This document shows positions 26,807 through 42,700 of a DNA stretch of 64,000 nt, one piece after another. Source of the DNA: the human T2T-CHM13v2.0 reference genome, Homo sapiens; the NCBI RefSeq assembly GCF_009914755.1, contig NC_060935.1; one strand, given 5' to 3'. The translations under genes and the position numbers were made by a program. The notes under the pieces are model-generated. The model was not told the DNA's origin. It saw only the letters and a list, made by a program, of their open reading frames with translations, and did not search any database. The stretch's first letter is position 1. Each line of letters begins with the position of its first letter.

Positions 26807-28324
26807 GGCCGGGCGCGGCGGCTCACGCCTGTCATCCCAGCACTTTGGGAGGCCGAGGCGGGCGGATCACGAGGTCAGGAGATCGAGACCATCCTGGCTG
26901 GCACGGTGAAACCCCGTCTCTACTAAAATTACAAAAAATTAGCTGGGCGTGGTGGTGGGTGCCTGTAGTCCCAGCTACTCGGGAGGCTGAGGCAGGAGAA
27001 TGGCGTGAACCCCGGGGGGCGGAGCCTGCAGTGAGCCGAGATCGCGCCACTGCACTCCAGCCTGGGCGATAGAGCGAGACTCCGTCTCAAAAGAAAAGAA
27101 AAGAAAAGGCTGCATGCTCTAAGATTCCAACAGTATGACATTCTGGAGAAAGTAAAACTATAGGGACCAGAGGCACAGGGGTCTGGGGATGAAATGAATA
27201 GGGGAAGGACAGAGGAATTTCTTGGAATGGTAAAACTATTATGCATGATACTGTAATGGTTGGTACATGACACTCAAAACCTTAAAACTGGACAACACAG
27301 AGGGAACCTTCATGTACGAAAATTGTGTTTTATTTTTGAGACAACGTCTTGCTCTGTCTCCCAGGCTGGAGTGCGGTGGCAGGATCACCGCTCACTGCAG
27401 CCTTAACCTCCTGAGCTCAAGCAATCTCCTCACCTCAGACTCCCCAGTAGCAGAGACTGTAGGCGCACACCACCACACCTGGCTAATTTTTGTGGGATCT
27501 CATCATGCTGCCCAGGCTGGTGTTGAACTCCTGGCTCAAGCGATTCTCCAGCCTCAGCCTCCCAAAGTGCTGGGATGACAGGCATGAACCACCATACCCA
27601 GCCTCAAAAATTTTAAATAATAATTTACGAGGGCAGGGGATCCCAAGAAAGAATGTAGAAGGTGACAAAAGAATGCGATCGTGTTACAAAGGTATGAAAC
27701 ACCTCGCTGAAGGGGGCAGGGGAAAGGTGCCGACCTCAGTGATTCTGGAAATGAGTGGAGTCTGTAAGACTAAAGGCAAAAGGCACTGGCATCTGCAATG
27801 TGCTTTAGTTGATGAAGTTGCTTCCCACAAGGCTACAGGTTGACAATTCTGATATCACCGTGCACGTATACTGGGATTGAGCAGCTAAATAAGTAGAGGG
27901 CAGATGGTGGAGCCCCGTCCCTCGCTCTCAGAGGGGAGTTTGCAGATCATGAAGGGGAGGCGGCTGAATGATCCTGGTGGTGACGGGCGGGATTGGAGGC
28001 ATCTGTGAGGGTTCCTGTTTAACTTCACATAGACACAGATGGCTACAGACAAAAATATGTACAGGTGAGTGCATATTCCTGTTAGCACACACACGTATTT
28101 AGTGGTTTCGTCTGCAAGAGAACATAAAGGAAGTAACAGCCGAGCATCAGTGAACACACCTGGCACCCGGATCTTCGTTTCCTGTCCTGTTCTGTCCTAA
28201 AGGAACCAGCGCTCCGTGGGGAAGCGACTGATTCTAGGACTGGGACAGGAAAAGTATAAGGTGGGTCTGGAGCATCCTGCAGTGCCAGAAAGGAAGGAAG
28301 TGCTCAGAAAAACAAACAACTACA

Positions 28325-30441
28325 GACCACACACACGCACCATGCACACACGCACACACCACAAACACCCACATGCACCATGCACACACCACACACACAT
28401 ACACATACAGGCACTATGCACACACATACCACACACACACACCATGCACTCACACACAGGCACCGTGCACACACATACACACCACAAACATACATACACA
28501 CCACAAACATACATACACACATACACTCACACGCACCACACACACACCACAAACACACACTATGCCCACACACGCACACACCACACACACATACATACAG
28601 GCATGATGCACACACACCACACACTCACACACATGCACCATACACACACACACCACAAACACACATACATGCACCATGCACATACACACACACCACACAC
28701 ATACACACACGCACCAGGCACACACACCACACGCACACCACACACATATAAGCACCATGCACACACACACCACACACACATGCACCATGCACACACACAT
28801 ACACAACACATACATACATGCACCATGCACACACATATATACACACACCACACATACACACACCATGCACAGACACACACCCCCACACACACCATGCACA
28901 TACACACCCCACACACGTACCATGCACACACATATACACACACCACATATATACATGTCACACACATACACACCATGCACATACATACACACACCACACA
29001 CATACACACATCACACACACACCATGGACATACACACACACCACACACACAAGCACCGTGCACACAAATATACACAAACCACATACACACGTGACACACA
29101 TACACACATGCAACATGCACACACACCACAAACACATGCACCATGCACACACATACACACCACAAACATACATACACACACATGCACCATGCACACACAT
29201 ATACACACCACGCACATACATGCATCATGCACGGACACACCCCACACATATACACATGCACCATGCACATACACACCACACACACACGCACCATGCACAC
29301 ACATATACACCCACCACATACATACATATGTCACACACACATACACAGGCACAGTGCACATACATACACACCACACACATACAGCACACACACATACACA
29401 CATGCACCATGCACATACACACATACACATCACAACACACACACCACAAACACACCACACACACATCACTCATACACAGCACACATACATACACACATAC
29501 ATACACACATACACACACATACCATGCACACACATATACACACATACCACACACACGGGCACCATGAACGTACACACACACCACAAACATACATACACAT
29601 ATACACTCACACACAGGCACCATGCACATACACACCACAAACATACATACACACATACACACACACAAGCACCATGCACATACACACACAACACATACAT
29701 ACACACCACAAACATGCATACATAGATACACTTTTACACACACACTATACATACCACACACACCACAAACACACCACACACATACATACATCACACACAT
29801 ACACAGCACACATACATACACACATACACACACACATGCACCATGCACACACATATACACACAGACTACACACACCACACACAGAGGCACCATGCATGTA
29901 CACACACACCACAAACATACACACATATGTGCACCATGCACATACATATACACACACCACACACAAAGGCACCATGTACATACACACCACAAACATACAC
30001 ACACACCATACACATACACACAACACACACATACCACAAACACAACATGCACACAACACACACATACACACCATAAACACACACAATGCACACACCACAA
30101 ACACGCATACATACACACTTTTACACACACACACCATACATACACCCACACCACACAACACACACCACAAACACATACACACACGCACACCACACATATA
30201 CACCACACATATACACATATACCACACACACATGCACCATGCACACACATACAGACAACATACACATACACATCACAGATATGCACCATGCTCACAAATG
30301 CACATACACACCACACATACAACGTACACACAGGCACCACGCACATACACACACACCATGCATACACACATATACCCACATATACACCACATACACATAC
30401 ACACACTAAACACATACACATGCACACACATACACACACAA
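28325..30441. repeat. About 2.1 kb CA-rich complex tandem repeat (CACCATGCACACACATACA-type units) inside an old L1 fragment
   Basis: Degenerate units dominated by C/A with recurring CACCATGCAC and CACCACAAACA. Confidence 0.92.
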
Positions 30442-31312
30442 TGTAAATATGCCCGTGGACCCAGGGTCCAACTGAGTGAACTCCCACAATTTGAGCAACA
30501 CCTCATTCTACATCCTAACCCAAAGTGTGCTGTAAATACCTACAAGTGCATGGCGATATAAATTTATAAATGGGGGAGAAGAGACAAATCTCCCGTGCAG
30601 AAGAATTCTAAACCAATGGCGTAGACACTGCCCCTAAGGAGGAGCAGAGCCCCTCCCAGCCCCTCGACGTGGGCTGGCGCAGGGCCGTCCTTCCAGAGAG
30701 CGCGGGGTGGGAAGGGCTGGGCTCCTTCCGCGCGGCTCCACCTGCAGAAACCGATGGAGCTGATCCATCGTGGTTTGCACAGAGGAGCCTGACGGGCTCT
30801 GTCTCTGCAGAAGACGAGGCAGGCGTCGAGTTATGAGTCGCACCGGCGATGTTAACCCGATAGGATGGATGCAGATGCTGCTTTACCTCTGGAATCTTCT
30901 TCCAAGAAACCTATAACCCCAGCCTCCTCATGACAAAAAGAGCAGGCGAATCTCAGCAGGGGCACCCCGCCAACACACCCGGCCTCTTCTGAGCTGTCCA
31001 GGTCGTCAAAAGCAAAACGGCCCAGCCCAGAGGCCCCGGGAGACAGACGCTGAGGAACGCGGTCCTGGAACACAGAAAGGATGTCAGGGAAAACAAATGA
31101 GGGACTCTGGACCAACTGTGACTTTATTTGGTCAATAACGCATTAATACTGGTTCATTCATTATAACAAATACACAGAACTAAGCAAGACGGTAAAAACG
31201 AGGGGAACTGTTGGTGGAGCTGGGGGGCGGGGAAGCTCTCTGTGTTATTTCTGTAAATCTCAAACCCTTCCGAAAAATAAAGTCCATTCGTTTTTTAAAA
31301 ATGCTAAACTGG

Positions 31313-31610
31313 GGCCGGGCACAGTGGCTCATGCCTGTAATCCCAGCACTTTGGGAGGCCAAGGCAGGTGGATCATCTGAAGTCAAGAGTTTGAGACCAT
31401 CCTGGCCAACCTGGTGAAATCCCATCTCTACCAAAAACACAAAAATTAGCCGGGTGTGGTGGCGGGCACCTGTACTCCCAGCTGCTCAGGAGGCTGAGGC
31501 AGGAGAATCGCTTGAACCCAGGAGGCGGAGCTTGCAGTGAGCCGAGATCACTCTACCGCACTCCGGCCTGGGCGACAGAGCGAGACTCCCTCTCAAAAAA
31601 AAAAAAAAAA
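31313..31610 (+). mobile_element. AluS-type element
   Basis: Alu consensus with poly-A tail. Confidence 0.88.
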
Positions 31611-32068
31611 GCGAAACTGACTGTGTTGTCATGCCCCCTCCTCCCTAATTGTGAAAGGCACAATTAGGTGTTGCAGTGGGCCCTGGAAATGGGGTCTCTG
31701 CCGGCCCCAGCATGGCAGGACTGGGGTGGCACCTCATGTCTACAGACAGGAGGTGTGGCCCAGGCGGGATCAGCATGGCTCCACCTGCAGAAGCCCTTGG
31801 AGCTGGCTGAGCCATCAAGGCACCCCTAGGCATGGGGGCTGCCCGCTGAAGCCTCACTTGATCTGTGTCATCAGAAAAACTCTAGGTGTGGTGGATAGAA
31901 GTGAGTCAGTCAGCTCAGTCTGCCATTACAAAACACCGCAGAACAGAAATGTATTTTCTCACCTTTCTGGCTGCTGGAAGCCTGAGATCAGGGTGCCAGC
32001 GTGGTCAGGTTCAGAAGCTCCAACTCACTGTGTCCTCCCAGGGCCTTTCCTCAGCACGTGCATGTCAG

Positions 32069-32695
32069 GGGAGAGACAGACAGAAAGAGAGAGAGAAAGA
32101 GACAGAGGGAGAGAGAGATGGGGGAGAGACAGAGACAGGACAGAGAGATGGGGGAGAGATAGAGACAGAGAGGGAGAGCGAGAGAAACGGAGAGAGAGAG
32201 AGACAGAGGGAGAGAGAGATGGGGGAGAGACAGAGAGAGGGAGAGAGAGATGGGGGAGAGATAGAGACAGAGAGGGAGAGAGACAGAGGGAGAGAGATGG
32301 GGGAGAGATAGAGACAGAGAGGGAGAGAGAGAGAAACGGAGAGAGAGAGACAGAGGGAGAGAGAGATGGGGGAGAGACAGAGAGGGAGAGAGAGATGGGG
32401 AGAGATAGAGACAGAGAGGGAGAGAGAAAAACAGAGGGAGAGAGATGGGGGAGAGACAGAGAGGAGAGAAAGAGATGGGGGAGAGACAGAGACAGGAGAG
32501 AGAGATGGGGGAGAGATAGGGAGAGAGAGATAGAGGGAGAGAGATAGGGGAGAGACAGACAGGGAGAGAGACATGAGGGAGAGAGAGACAGAGAGAGATG
32601 GGGAGAGACAGAGAGGGAGAGGGAGATGAGGAGAGACAGAGACAGGGAGATAGATGGAGGACAGAGGGAGAGAGAGACATGGGGAGAGAGAGAGA
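32069..32695. repeat. GA-rich tandem repeat (GAGAGACAGAGGGAGAGAGAGATGGGG-like) expanded inside an MLT1-like LTR
   Basis: Purine-rich units; MaLR-like sequence on both sides (about 31915-32060 and 32700-32870). Confidence 0.85.
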
Positions 32696-33350
32696 ATTTG
32701 TGGGGAGACAGTGCATGAGCTCTGGACTCCCCTGTTATCAGGGCATCAACCCCATCCTGGGGGCCCAGCCTCAGGACTTCATCTGACCCTAATCACCTCC
32801 CAAGGGCCCCCTCCAAATGCCGTCACACAGGCTTAGGGCTTCAACATACAGATTTGTTCAGTCCACAGCAAGAAGCCTGGGTTCCTCACAACAGAGCTGT
32901 GGCCCCTCTGCCAGTTTCCATTCTGAGCCAGTCCACGGAGCCAGGCCCTGAGGAAGGACCCAATGACATTGCCGAGGATTTTACTGTAAATCTCCTTCCT
33001 GGACTTCCCATGGGCCCCTAAGAACCACGCACCAGATGGCTATGAAGGGAACGAGAGATACAGACTTTTCAGGGACCTGGCTGTGCACGGACGTTAATTC
33101 CACGGTGGTATCTGCCTGGCAGAGCAGGGGCTTGTGGCCATCAGGTGATCCGTGAGTTCTAGCTCAGATCTGTCTCTCGGCGAGGCCAGTGACCTGCTCT
33201 CTGGTTTTGGAATGCATCAGTGGCACAGACATCCTCAGAATCCTACATTGGTCCCTGACCCATGGGGTGAGGGGTCTCATGTTGGAAAAGGCCAGATGGA
33301 GGCCATAGAGCTGCCTCTACCCAGGAAAACAGTCAATCGAAATAAGTCCC

Positions 33351-33651
33351 GCCTCCCTGGAGGTACAGCAGAGATCGGTGCCACCATCGCGGACCTGACC
33401 TGCCTCCCTGGAGGGACAGCAGAGATCGGTGCCACATCCAGGACCTGACCTGCCTCCCTGGAGGGACAGCAGAGATCGGTGCCACCATCCAGGACCTGAC
33501 CCGCCTCCCTGGAGGGACAGCAGAGATCGGTGCCACCATCCAGGACCTGACCCGCCTCCCTGGAGGGACAGCAGAGATCGGTGCCACCATCGCGGACCTG
33601 ACCCGCCTCCCTGGAGGGACAGCAGAGATCAGTGCCACATCGTGGACCTGA
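33351..33651. repeat. VNTR, 51-bp unit, about 6 copies
   Basis: GCCTCCCTGGAGGGACAGCAGAGATCGGTGCCACCATCCAGGACCTGACCC repeated. Confidence 0.95.
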
Positions 33652-33842
33652 CGATGCAGGGGCTGGAGACTCCACCACAGCCCCGTTTGCCTGCCTTCTT
33701 TGGCCTGTGTGGAAGGCAGGAGGATCTGGAAGAAGGACAGGGAATTGCTGTAAAAAATAATCAGACGGTGGTTAGCGTAACGTCTGCTCCTGACAGGCTT
33801 TCACTGAGCAGCAAATCCACACGCTCCTTGCGGCCTCATGGG

Positions 33843-34849
33843 TGTAGGGTCCAGCCCCACAGGGTCGGTGGGTCTCTCCCCGTGTGCAGAGACGAGAGAG
33901 TGTAGAAATAAAGACACAAGACAAAGAGATTAAAAAAAAGACAGCTGGGCCCGGAGGACCACTACCACCAATGCGCGGAGACCGGTAGTGGCCCCGAATG
34001 TCTGGCTGCGCTGTTATTTATTGGATACAAGGCAAAAGGGGCAGGGTAAAGAGTGTGAGTCATCTCCAATGATAGATAAGGTCACGTGGGTCACGTGTCC
34101 ACTGGACAGGGGGCCCTTCCCTGCCTGGCAGCCGAGGCAGAGAGGGAGAGGAGACAGAGAGAAAGATAGCTTACGCCATTATTTTTGTATATTAGAGACG
34201 TTTAGTACTTTCACTAATTTGCTACTGCTATCTAGAAGGCAGAGCCAGGTGCACAGGATGGAACATGAAGGAGGACTAGGAGCGTGACTGCTGAAGCACA
34301 GCATCACAGGGAGACGGTTAGGCCTCCGGATAACTGCGGGCAGGTCTGACTGATGTCAGGCCCTCCACAAGAGGTGGAGGAGCAGAGTCTTCTCTAAACT
34401 CCCCCGGGGAAAGGGAGCCCCTCCTTTCCCGGTCTGCTAAGTAGCGGGTGTTTTTCCTTGACACTTACGCTACCGCTAGACCACGGTCCGCTTGGCAACG
34501 GGCGTCTTCCCAGACGCTGGCGTTACCGCTAGACCAAGGAGCCCTCTGGTGGCCCTGTCTGGGCATGACAGAAGGCTCGCACTCTTGTCTTCTGGTCACT
34601 CCTCACTATGTCCCCTCAGCTCCTACCTCTGTATGGCCTGGTTTTTCCTAGTTTATGATTATAGAGCGAGGATTGTTATAATATTGGAATAAAGAGTAAT
34701 TGCTACAAACTAATGATTAATGATATTCATATATAATCATATCTAAGATCTATATCTGGTGTAACTATTTTTATTTTATATTTTATTATACTGGAACAGC
34801 TCGTGTCCTCAGTCTCTTGCCTCGGCACCTGGGTGGCTTGCCGCCCACA
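33843..34849 (-). mobile_element. LTR13 (HML-4) solo LTR, uninterrupted
   Basis: Reverse complement begins TGTGGGCGGCAAGCCACCCAGGTGCCGAGGCAAGAG; TSD ATGGG on both sides. Confidence 0.87.
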
Positions 34850-35513
34850 ATGGGCAGCTTATTCATCAGGGAAGGCCTTTGTCTCCACACCTGTGGGTGA
34901 AGACCATCGGGATGCTTTGCCTTCAACAGGCAAGGCCAACAATTCACCTTCACTTCCCTCCCTCCAGGAACGCCAGCTCCCAGCTCAGAGTCATCGGCCT
35001 CGCTTACAGGGACGTCACACTACCCGCTCTGTGGGGGGCATCGTGTGGTCTGGACTTGCTGAGCAGAAAGTAGCCGCTGCCCTCAACACCTCCCTAGAGC
35101 ATCTGCGAGCCGAACACCTGGGGCCCACGCCTCCGGCACGTCTAGGGACCCAGTGGTCCATCCCTTCCCAAGCACAAGGCAAGTGGCTACCTCAGTCCCT
35201 TCCTCCACGAAGAAAGAGGCACGATGCCTAGTGCTGTAGGTCCCATGTTATTTGGGAAGCAACTTTTGCCCTATTTGGAAGTGCTGCTCCAACCCCTTAA
35301 CCCAAGACCAGAGGAGGCCTGCTAGGGGCCACATGCCACATGGGCTGCTCGGCCACTTGGGCCACATGGCCAAGCACATCCAGTGCTGCTTGAACTGTGT
35401 CGAGCTTCTGGCTGGACCTCTGGTTGGCCTCTGCACTGACTTTCAGCAAAGCATTGCCACCATCTGGAGACAGGTGTCCCAGGGTCCACCATCTGGACAT
35501 AGCTGTTGCAGCC

Positions 35514-36243
35514 CACGCCATCCGGAGAGAGGTGTCCCGGCCCCCACCGTCTGGAGAGAGGTGTCCCGGCCCCACCATCCGGAGAGAGCTGTCCCGGCCC
35601 TACCGTCTGGAGAGAGAGCTGTCCCGGCCCCCACCGTCTGGAGAGAGAGCTGTCCCAGCCCCACCGTCTGGAGAGAGGTGTCCCGACCCCACCGTCTGGA
35701 GAGAGGTGTCCCGGCCCCACCGTCTGGGGAGAGGTGTCCCGGCCCCACCGTCTGGAGAGAGAGGTGTCCCGGCCCCACCGTCTGGGGAGAGCTGTTCCGG
35801 CCCCACCGTCTGCAGAGAGGTGTCCCGGCCCCACCGTCTGGAGAGAGCTGTCCCGGCCCCACCGTCTGGGGAGAGGTGTCCCGGCTCCCACCGTCTGGAG
35901 AGAGCTGTCCCGGCCCCCACCGTCTGGAGAGAGAGCTGTCCCGGCCCCACCGTCTGGAGAGAGGTGTCCCGGCCCCACCGTCTGGGGAAAGCTGTCCCGG
36001 CCCCACCGTCTGGAGAGAGAGCTGTCCCGGCCCCCACCATCCGGAGAGAGAGGTGTCCCGGCCCCCACCATCTGGAGAGAGAGCTGTCCTGGCCCCCACC
36101 GTCTGGAGAGAGGTGTCCCGGCCCCACCGTCTGGAGAGAGCTGTCCCGGCCCCACCGTCTGGAGAGAGCTGTCCCGGCCCCACCGTCTGGAGAGAGGTGT
36201 CCCGGCCCCCACCGTCTGGGGAGAGCTGTCCCGGCCCCACCAG
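35514..36243. repeat. VNTR, 28-31-bp variant units, about 25 copies
   Basis: CCCACCGTCTGGAGAGAG(G/C)TGTCCCGGC with length variants. Confidence 0.95.
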
Positions 36244-36276
36244 GCTCCAGATACTGAGCAGGGCCAAGGGCCACAT

Positions 36277-40525
<4,249 letters not shown>

Positions 40526-41329
40526 AGGGGTGGGGCACTATATTTTAATGAATATGCAGATAACAGAAATATGAAAAGTGGACTGCAGGAGGCAGGAGAT
40601 GAGGAGCTGATGGGGTGGGGGAAGGTTTGAGAGACCGGGTGTTGTTTAAGGGCCGGTATGAACAGCAGGATGTAACCAGCTTGCTTCTGTGCTCAGAAGT
40701 TAGGGGAGGAGGATGGAGGGGAAGGAGGGAAGGAGTTGAGGTCTTAAGAAGGCAACTTCTGGGCAATCTTCCATTGTGAGGTGGGGTCCACGTCCCCACA
40801 ACCCACGAACTTGGGTGGCCGTGCGGCATGTGGCAAACCTGAGGGGTGACTCCAAGATGCTTCACTCTGTGTGCTGGACCGGGAGGCTGCCCCTGGCAGC
40901 TGAGCCTGCAGGCGCTCTGGCCAACCACCCGGGGTGAGCCCAGCCATTCCTGCCGAGGGTGCACTGGCTTGGGGCAGAAGTCTCTGGATGGCTCCAGCCT
41001 GTCCCGCGGAGCCGGCCCCACCACTCACGTCTTCCCACCGGAGGCCAGCACCTCGAGGAGCAGAGAGGAGCTGTCCCCGAGTGCCCTGAGTTCCTGACCC
41101 ACAGGACACAGGAACACAGGAACGCTGCTGTTGGACAGCACTGAAGCTGGGCGGTTTGCTACACACCCAGAGACAGCTGAGCAGACAGAGGGAGAAGAGT
41201 AGGGTCACGCTGGCAGCTGGACAAGGGAAGTACTGGGGGGACAGAGGGACTGGCAGGGGTTGGTGCAGACCAGGTGAGAAAGGGCACGAAGTGGGACAAG
41301 GTCCCGGTGAGAGGCACGACACTGTCACC

Positions 41330-42700
41330 TGCCTCAGGCCGCGCTCGGTGGGGCGGGGGCCACCAGCTGAGGCCCCTCCTGCCGCCCAGACAGCTCGGCC
41401 CCCTGCGGCCCCAGCCCTGCAGGCTGAGATCCCGCAACGACTCCCACCCCTGGGCTGAAGCCGGTGCTTGGGCCCCCCCGCCCCCCGGCCTCTCTCGCCC
41501 GCCCCCATCCCCACCCCCATTCCCCGCCCCCCAGGACCCCGGGTCCCTCCCCTCCCTCCTCCGTGTTGTCCGCCTGCAGTCCTTCGGGTCACTGTTCTCG
41601 GGAGGCCGCCCCGCCCCACAGTCAGGCTGTGCCCATCCCCCGCCGCCCCCCACGGTCCCCGAGCCCCAGCGCTTCCCAGCCCCGCGTCTGTGTGCCGCGC
41701 CCCCGCGCTCCGTGGCCCAGGTGGACGCGCGCCCCGCGCCCCGCATCCCTGTCCGTCCCGCACCCCTCACCCCCCGCCCCGCACCCTCCGCACCCCCCGC
41801 CCCGCCCCGCCTCCCCTCGCCCCGCCTCCTCCGCCCCGCACCCCGCGCCCCGCCCCGCCTCCCCCCGCCCCGCCTTCCCGCGCCCCGCACCCCTCCCCGC
41901 GCGCCGCCATTGGCTCCCCGCGGCCTGGCTCGGTCCGATTGGTTCCGCGCGCGCGGCCGGGGCCCGATCCGCGGTGGCAGCCGTGGATGCTGTTCGGTCC
42001 CGCCGCCGCCCCAGGAGCGCGGAGCCGGGAGCGGCCGGGCGGGGGGCACCGCGAGGAGCCGCCCCCGCCGCCCACCCCGGGCCCGCGGCCGAGGGCGGCC
42101 TGGGGGGGTCGCGGCCGCACCCGGTGGCCGCGCACGGCGGACAAAGGACCATGCGGGGCCGCGGGCGCTGAGCGCGGCGGGGCGGGCCGGGGATGCGGCG
42201 CGGGGCGGGCGGGGGCCGGGGGCTGCAGCGGCGCCGCTGAGCGCGGCCTGGGGCGGGCGCGGCGGCCGCGATGCCGCGGCTCCCGGTGAAGAAGATCCGT
42301 AAGCAGATGAAGCTGCTGCTGCTGCTGCTGCTGCTGAGCTGCGCCGCGTGGCTCACCTACGTGCACCTGGGCCTGGTGCGCCAGGGACGCGCGCTGCGCC
42401 AGCGCCTGGGCTACGGGCGAGGTACGGCGCGGGGGGCGCGGGGGGCGCGGGGGGCGGGGGCGGCGCGGGGGGCGCGGGGGGCGCGGGCGGCGCGGGGGGC
42501 GCGGGCGGCGCGGGCGGCGGGGGCCCCGGGGCGCGGGCCGGGCCTCCCACCGCACAGAGGTCTCGGCTGGGCCCGACCCTCCCGGAGACCCCGCCCGCTG
42601 TTCTCCGCTCTGCGATTTGGGGGGAGGGGGCGCGGTTCGGCTCGGCCCGGACGCTCGATGACGTCGGCAGTGACGCGCGCGACCCTCCCAGAGAGGGTCC
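41330..42700. promoter_or_regulatory. CpG-island promoter of B4GALNT4 with many GC boxes and two inverted CCAAT boxes
   Basis: Very high CpG density. Repeated CCCCGCCC (Sp/KLF) at 41690-41905; ATTGG at 41909-41913 and 41938-41942. Confidence 0.85.
42271..42421 (+). CDS. B4GALNT4: B4GALNT4 coding exon 1 (cytoplasmic tail and TM helix)
   Basis: ATG at 42271; donor CGAG|GTACGG; 151 nt. Confidence 0.95.

Noticed and set aside
28216-30561. His/Thr-rich and Cys/Val-rich ORFs
   Set aside because: Translations of the CA-rich repeat; the same applies to 18334-19154.
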